In this document: positions 25,935 through 30,482 of the stretch, piece by piece | Position numbering within the stretch: the first letter of the stretch is position 1 | How the letters are laid out: the number at the start of each line of letters is the position of its first letter | Source: a virus | Lineage: Duplodnaviria; Caudoviricetes | Direction: 5' to 3' (one strand) | Length of the DNA stretch: 30,482 nt | Virus record (IMG/VR): IMGVR_UViG_3300025416_000029 | Location: 1-30,482 of that record | Program-made: the position numbers and the translations under genes | The notes under the pieces: generated by a model | Databases searched by the model: none | Seen by the model: the letters and a program-made list of their open reading frames with translations, nothing else | Told to the model about the DNA's origin: nothing

Positions 25935-26326
25935 TGCGTGCCATCAAAAAGGTAAGCCACTGGGACTTTCACCCAAAGGTCCGTAGTGGAGACCAGAGGA
26001 CATTCGGAGAAAAAAGTGCTGATGTTATGCGGCGTAGTATGGGCAGTTGGCCTTTTGTCTTTAGTTTTTGCTGCTTTATGGCAGCTTGGATGTGGTACAA
26101 CGTATCCTCAAGCAAGCCTTTTGATCCTTATCCTTATATCCTGCTTAATCTGTGTCTTTCTACTCTGGCTGGCCTGCAGGGAGCTATTCTTCTTATAGCT
26201 GCCAAGCGTGCTGATCGTATAGCTGCTGAACTTGCAGAGTACCACCTGGAAGTCAGTGAAGAGCACAGAATCATGCTGAATGAACTAAATGAACTGCTCG
26301 AGCGAAAACTAATTAACACAAAATAA
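25934..26326 (+). CDS. DUF1003-family membrane protein
   Basis: RTFGEKSAD...MGSWPFV...W...FDPYPYILLNLCLSTLAGLQGAILLIAAKRAD. Confidence 0.85.
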   Translation: MRAIKKVSHWDFHPKVRSGDQRTFGEKSADVMRRSMGSWPFVFSFCCFMAAWMWYNVSSSKPFDPYPYILLNLCLSTLAGLQGAILLIAAKRADRIAAELAEYHLEVSEEHRIMLNELNELLERKLINTK

Positions 26327-26374
26327 ATATTAAGATGATGTAAAAAGCAGTACTGGATAAACTAGGCGTTGAAT

Positions 26375-27046
26375 ATGATAAAGTATAGCGCACCAACAGT
26401 TGGACTCATGGGACGTAACAGTCTTATGTCTTTGTCTACCCGTACGCAACCTATCGAGATCTCCCCAGTAAAGCTGGAAGACTTCCCCAACTTCAATCCA
26501 GAGAAGGGGTATGTTTATGCGGCTAGCCGTGCTATCAGCAGCCGTGTTAATGCCAACTACGATGGCTGGCCTGTAGACCAGATCAAGAAGAGCTACAAGA
26601 CATTTGTTGGTCGTCCTATTTATGTAGAGCACAACAACAGTGACCCCGAGCGTGCTCGTGGTGTGATCCTGGATGCTGTCTACAAAGAATCAAAACTGGC
26701 TAGCGGTGTTATCGATGCCAGTGTTTACTGCCTGATGGAAGTCGATGCAGAAACCTTCCCCAAACTTGCTGGGGCAATAATGGATGGCAAGCTCAAGGCT
26801 GTCAGCATGGGTGCTGACGTTGATGGAACCCAGTGCAGTGCTTGTGGTAAGTACGCCAGCAAGCCTAGCGAGTACTGTGTGCACATTCCTCGCATGAAGG
26901 GGCGCACGGTTACTGTTTACAAAGAGGGTAAGCGCACTGAGAGCTTGGTGTTTGAAAGCTGCATCCGTCCTAACTTTTTTGAATTGAGTTTTGTATTCGA
27001 TCCAGCTGACGAGAGCGCCTGGCTTACTGACAAGAGGCGCTACTAA
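26375..27046 (+). CDS. Prohead/capsid maturation protease with a Zn-binding insertion
   Basis: TFVGRPIYVEHN (His), AVSMGA (Ser), CSACG...YCVH, FFELSFVFDPAD. Confidence 0.88.
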   Translation: MIKYSAPTVGLMGRNSLMSLSTRTQPIEISPVKLEDFPNFNPEKGYVYAASRAISSRVNANYDGWPVDQIKKSYKTFVGRPIYVEHNNSDPERARGVILDAVYKESKLASGVIDASVYCLMEVDAETFPKLAGAIMDGKLKAVSMGADVDGTQCSACGKYASKPSEYCVHIPRMKGRTVTVYKEGKRTESLVFESCIRPNFFELSFVFDPADESAWLTDKRRY

Positions 27047-27819
27047 TGCCCATCTTAAAAGTCAGCGAAACTCTAGAGCACAAGCAGGGCTATAGCGGGA
27101 TGCGTATACCTGTTGTCAGTCAGCCAATTGACAACTGCCCACAGTGTGGTGTTGGTGGTTACCGTGATGGTATCTGCCAGAATGCTACATGTGGCTTTCT
27201 TGATCCCAAGCTTGAAGCAGCCTATCAAGAATACAGCATGGCCACAATGGTTCAACAGCAGGCCATGGCTGATAAAGCTGCTCCTACGAAGAAAAGTGCA
27301 TCTGCTGAAGGTCAGACACCTGTTGCCATAATTGATCAGTTCTCACAAAACTCAGAAAAAGTTAAAAAAGATAAATGTAATGTATGCCGTAACATGAGTA
27401 TAGTAAATGGTAGCTGTGAAACACAGGGCTGTTATGGCTCTTTGCCACCAGAAGGGCTGAGAACACCTAGCTCAAAATTTACCGGCATCAACGAAAAAAC
27501 TGTTAAGAACAAGGGCCCACGTTTTCTACCAACCTTTGAAGTATTTAATAGCAGAAAAAAGCAGAAGCCAGAAGATAGCAAGAAGCCTACGAAAAAAATA
27601 AAAGCAGTGGCCAGCAGGATTGAAGCTGCAGACAAGCAGCAACAGATGCCGGTAAGCCCTGGAATGTTTTTAGATAGCAGCATGATTCTACCAAAGCAGC
27701 CAGTGGTACGTATGCAAGAAGCACTACAGCTTGATGCAACCATGAAATCAGAAAAACCATTTAATGCTGCTATGGATCAAAACAACACCGACAAGAATAC
27801 TAGCGAGGAGCTACAATGA
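27046..27819 (+). CDS. Double Zn-finger head-module protein
   Basis: TAATG overlap; CPQC...C...CG and CNVC...C...CY. Confidence 0.8.
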   Translation: MPILKVSETLEHKQGYSGMRIPVVSQPIDNCPQCGVGGYRDGICQNATCGFLDPKLEAAYQEYSMATMVQQQAMADKAAPTKKSASAEGQTPVAIIDQFSQNSEKVKKDKCNVCRNMSIVNGSCETQGCYGSLPPEGLRTPSSKFTGINEKTVKNKGPRFLPTFEVFNSRKKQKPEDSKKPTKKIKAVASRIEAADKQQQMPVSPGMFLDSSMILPKQPVVRMQEALQLDATMKSEKPFNAAMDQNNTDKNTSEELQ

Positions 27820-29258
27820 GTCGTTTCGATAATGAGCTAATCAAGCAGGCAGAGAATGCTTGGAGCAGCAGTGGTCTCCCAGGGCCATCTACACCTCGCC
27901 AGATCCCACACCTTCAGGGTGTTCAGCCTTACGCTGATGCGCTTGTTCCAGCTGAAGTACCAGTTGTAGAGCAGATGGCAAACACCTCTGCTAACCGTCC
28001 AGTAACCAGAATGATTCAGGTTACCGACCTTGACGCCGCTGACCCAGCTGGCGGTCAACCAGGAGAGATTGTTGGTATGCCAGGTATGAGTCAGGTTTAC
28101 GCACTCGGTGGCCCAGACCCCGCAAGCATGCCAGGAACACTGGCTCCTAGCACCGGCTTTGGTGGCAACATTGGTGAACTTCCTCAAGGCAGCCTGGGCG
28201 CTGGCCAGAAGGCTGCAAGTGTTGACCCTATCGATGAGAGCCTGTACCAGGTTTACAAGGCCAGTCGTGATATCCGTAACGCTATTGATGAGCAGGTTGA
28301 TTTTGACTTTTCTCGTCTGATCACTGCCAGTAACGAGGCAGCCACCGTTAGCAAGTTTGCTAACACCGACACTGATGTTAATGATGTTGTCGGTACCGTT
28401 GCAGCCATCGTTCTTGACATTGAGAACGACCTGATCAACACCAGTGACTACAAGCAGGCCAGCAGCAACCTCAAGGAACTTGAGAACCTGCTGGATGAGA
28501 TCAACAAGTTCGCCGCCAAGAAGAACTGCAAGAGCTGCAAGGGCAAGGGTTGCAAGGACTGCGAGAAGGAAGAAAAGGGCGACGACGAAGACGACGAAGA
28601 GGATGATGGCAAGCCATCCTGGCTCAAGGGCAAGGGCAAGGGCAAGGACAAGAAGAAGGGCAAGGGCAAGAAGGAAGCCACCAACGGTCGCCAGGAGACT
28701 GGTGTAACTGTTGATGTTCGTGACCTTGATGACCAGGCTGGTGTCTGGGACCGCGCTCGAGTCATGATGCCTGACTACACCACCAATCCACTCGAGGCCG
28801 AGCAGATCAACGCTGAAGATGCTGGCTATGTCAACTACTACAACGATGGTGCTGAGACCGGAATTGTCCCTGGTCAAGAACCACACAAGCAGGAGGTTTT
28901 CCCCATGGATGCCAGTAACCCGGCATTTGTTCCTTACCAGAATGCGCTGGGTGCAGTACAGGCCAGCCGTGAAAAGATCTTCGAGAGCCTGGCTATCGTA
29001 GAGCGCCTTGAGAAGCTGGGTATGGTCAACGAGGATGACCGTGCCAAGCACCTCGCCAAGTTTGAGCAAATGGACAGTGCTAAGCTAGCAGGTTTTGTAG
29101 CCAGCCTTGACATGCTCGAAGAATCTGGGGCACGTCAACCCCGGAGCCAAAAAGTGGCAAGTGGTAACAGCCGCCTGCCAGAGATGGGTCGGTTGACAAC
29201 GGCCTCAACAACTAGCCGTGAGCAGCTCTCTGCTGACGACTGGCTGATGACACTTTAA
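27816..29258 (+). CDS. Scaffold/core protein
   Basis: Position between protease and decoration/MCP; helical plus low-complexity sequence; strongly biased codon usage. Confidence 0.7.
   Translation: MSRFDNELIKQAENAWSSSGLPGPSTPRQIPHLQGVQPYADALVPAEVPVVEQMANTSANRPVTRMIQVTDLDAADPAGGQPGEIVGMPGMSQVYALGGPDPASMPGTLAPSTGFGGNIGELPQGSLGAGQKAASVDPIDESLYQVYKASRDIRNAIDEQVDFDFSRLITASNEAATVSKFANTDTDVNDVVGTVAAIVLDIENDLINTSDYKQASSNLKELENLLDEINKFAAKKNCKSCKGKGCKDCEKEEKGDDEDDEEDDGKPSWLKGKGKGKDKKKGKGKKEATNGRQETGVTVDVRDLDDQAGVWDRARVMMPDYTTNPLEAEQINAEDAGYVNYYNDGAETGIVPGQEPHKQEVFPMDASNPAFVPYQNALGAVQASREKIFESLAIVERLEKLGMVNEDDRAKHLAKFEQMDSAKLAGFVASLDMLEESGARQPRSQKVASGNSRLPEMGRLTTASTTSREQLSADDWLMTL
28625..28672 (+). repeat. 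CAAGGG hexamer tandem repeat encoding a KGKGKGK tract
   Basis: caagggcaagggcaagggcaaggacaagaagaagggcaagggcaagaa. Confidence 0.85.
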
Positions 29259-29285
29259 CAGAATCCCCTACAAGGAGAAAAAAAG

Positions 29286-29804
29286 ATGCTGCAACTCAAT
29301 AGCGTAGCTAATGTTGGGGTCCACCGTACGTGCACCCCACTGTACGAAAAGTATGAGGCTACTCCATACAACACGTTCCTGGACCCCAGTGACACGACCA
29401 ACATCTACTCGGGCATGGTTATGTACCGCAGTGGACCTGACACGGTTGCCAATGCTGGTAGTGCTACCAGTACGGCCAATGCCAAGCCTTTCGGTTTGAG
29501 TGCTCTTGACCGTAACCCTAACATTGATGACGTAACCCAGGTTGGTATCAATGCCTGGGCCGTATGGCTGGGTGGCGTTAACGCCTTCTTCACCATCACG
29601 GCTCCTGCCTTTGACACCACTCAGTCTTACACGGTCCCAACGAACGGAACCCGTACAATTCTGTACACAGCTAGTGGCACTGGCCAGCTTACCACAACCA
29701 GTGGTGCTGCAGGCACACTAGCATCCGTTCCAGTCGCTGAGCTGATCGATGTTGTCAGCCCAACACAAATTGTTGTCCGTCTAGCCGCTGGCTTGGCCAA
29801 CTAG
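29286..29804 (+). CDS. Capsid decoration/cement protein
   Basis: 172-aa beta-rich protein immediately before the MCP; AAGGAG RBS. Confidence 0.7.
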   Translation: MLQLNSVANVGVHRTCTPLYEKYEATPYNTFLDPSDTTNIYSGMVMYRSGPDTVANAGSATSTANAKPFGLSALDRNPNIDDVTQVGINAWAVWLGGVNAFFTITAPAFDTTQSYTVPTNGTRTILYTASGTGQLTTTSGAAGTLASVPVAELIDVVSPTQIVVRLAAGLAN

Positions 29805-29825
29805 TTAAGGAAAGGTAAATTAATC

Positions 29826-30482
29826 ATGAGTATTTCCCCTAATGGCGCTGTAGCGGACCACCTGGCACCGCGCACAGCCAAGAAGTCGGACGACTATGTT
29901 TCTGGAATCGTAGAGGCTCAAGAGCGTCTTGCTTCCGCCACTGGTCGTAAGACTGCTACGCGTGAGGAAAAGCAGCGTCGTCTAGCTGGTATCCTTGCTG
30001 ACAAGGACAACTACATGGTCCGTCTGGGCCAGGGTATGATTGGTCCTATCCAGCTCAAGCTTCGTTATCAGGGTATGACCCGTAACGTTCTTCTGGAAGA
30101 CCCACTGACCCCTGGTGTACCTGTCATGTACGACGTTCTTGACGAGTACGGTCAGGCCTACATCCTGTCGGGTAACGAGGGTGAGGTTCGTGTAACCCCA
30201 TTCGAAGGTAAGAAGGTTCCGGTCCGCCTATTCCGTATTGCCACCTTCCCACAGATCAAGAAGGAAGACCTCTGGTACCTCAGAGTCAACATTGTAGAAT
30301 ACGCTCAAGACATGAGCAAGCAGGCCATCATGATGCAGGAAGACGCCCGTCTTATCACTGTTCTTGAAGCCGCTATCAACAACTACGCCGTTGACCCCAA
30401 CCACACGGTCAGCCCCAACCACGTTGTTAACGAGCTTTCGGGTTACGTAACCCCTGACTCGATGTACGACCTGGTCGCCCTC
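29826..30482 (+). CDS. Major capsid protein (truncated by the window end; absent from the ORF track)
   Basis: Open frame MSISPNGAVADHLAPRTAKKSDDYV...RLGQGMIGPIQLKLRYQG...EDPLTPGVP...TPFEGKK...FRIATFPQIKKEDL, resembling the Bxz1/cluster C MCP (from memory). Confidence 0.92.
   Translation, partial: MSISPNGAVADHLAPRTAKKSDDYVSGIVEAQERLASATGRKTATREEKQRRLAGILADKDNYMVRLGQGMIGPIQLKLRYQGMTRNVLLEDPLTPGVPVMYDVLDEYGQAYILSGNEGEVRVTPFEGKKVPVRLFRIATFPQIKKEDLWYLRVNIVEYAQDMSKQAIMMQEDARLITVLEAAINNYAVDPNHTVSPNHVVNELSGYVTPDSMYDLVAL

Larger units (their letters stand above)
1..30482 (+). mobile_element. Segment of a large tailed phage genome (Bxz1/cluster C-like actinophage-type head module plus accessory region)
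   Basis: All credible genes are on + with ATGA/TAATG overlaps; portal-protease-scaffold-decoration-MCP order; phage-type tRNAs; no host housekeeping genes or integrase in the window. Confidence 0.92.

Noticed and set aside
27837-29069. 410-aa antisense ORF
   Set aside because: Shadow of the codon-biased scaffold gene; no RBS or recognisable domain

Overview
The whole window is an uninterrupted, tightly packed + strand gene run from a large tailed phage. It looks related to the Bxz1/cluster C-type actinobacterial myoviruses, judged from my recollection of their major capsid and maturation protease sequences rather than from a search. The right end is the head module: portal (23028-25385), prohead protease (26375-27046), a Zn-finger protein, scaffold (27816-29258), decoration protein and a truncated major capsid protein (29826->30482). 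The left ~22 kb holds mostly uncharacterised proteins plus an HNH-like protein, a ParB/Srx-like protein, two papain-fold enzymes, Dps, a metallophosphoesterase and a small RNA island. That island contains tRNA-Asn(GTT), an unusual tRNA-Ile(TAT), a structured tRNA-sized element, an EndoVII remnant and a tRNA 3' half. The most striking signal is a shared peptide tag. Four adjacent unrelated ORFs begin MNWNxRYA with synonymous codon variation. Variants ([FW]N-x-[KR]-x-A, or simply [KR]-x-A followed by a small residue) recur at the N-termini and module boundaries of many accessory proteins and of the portal, scaffold and capsid. I infer a capsid-targeting and protease-processing code for a large set of proteins packaged in the head. 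This is a hypothesis from sequence only.
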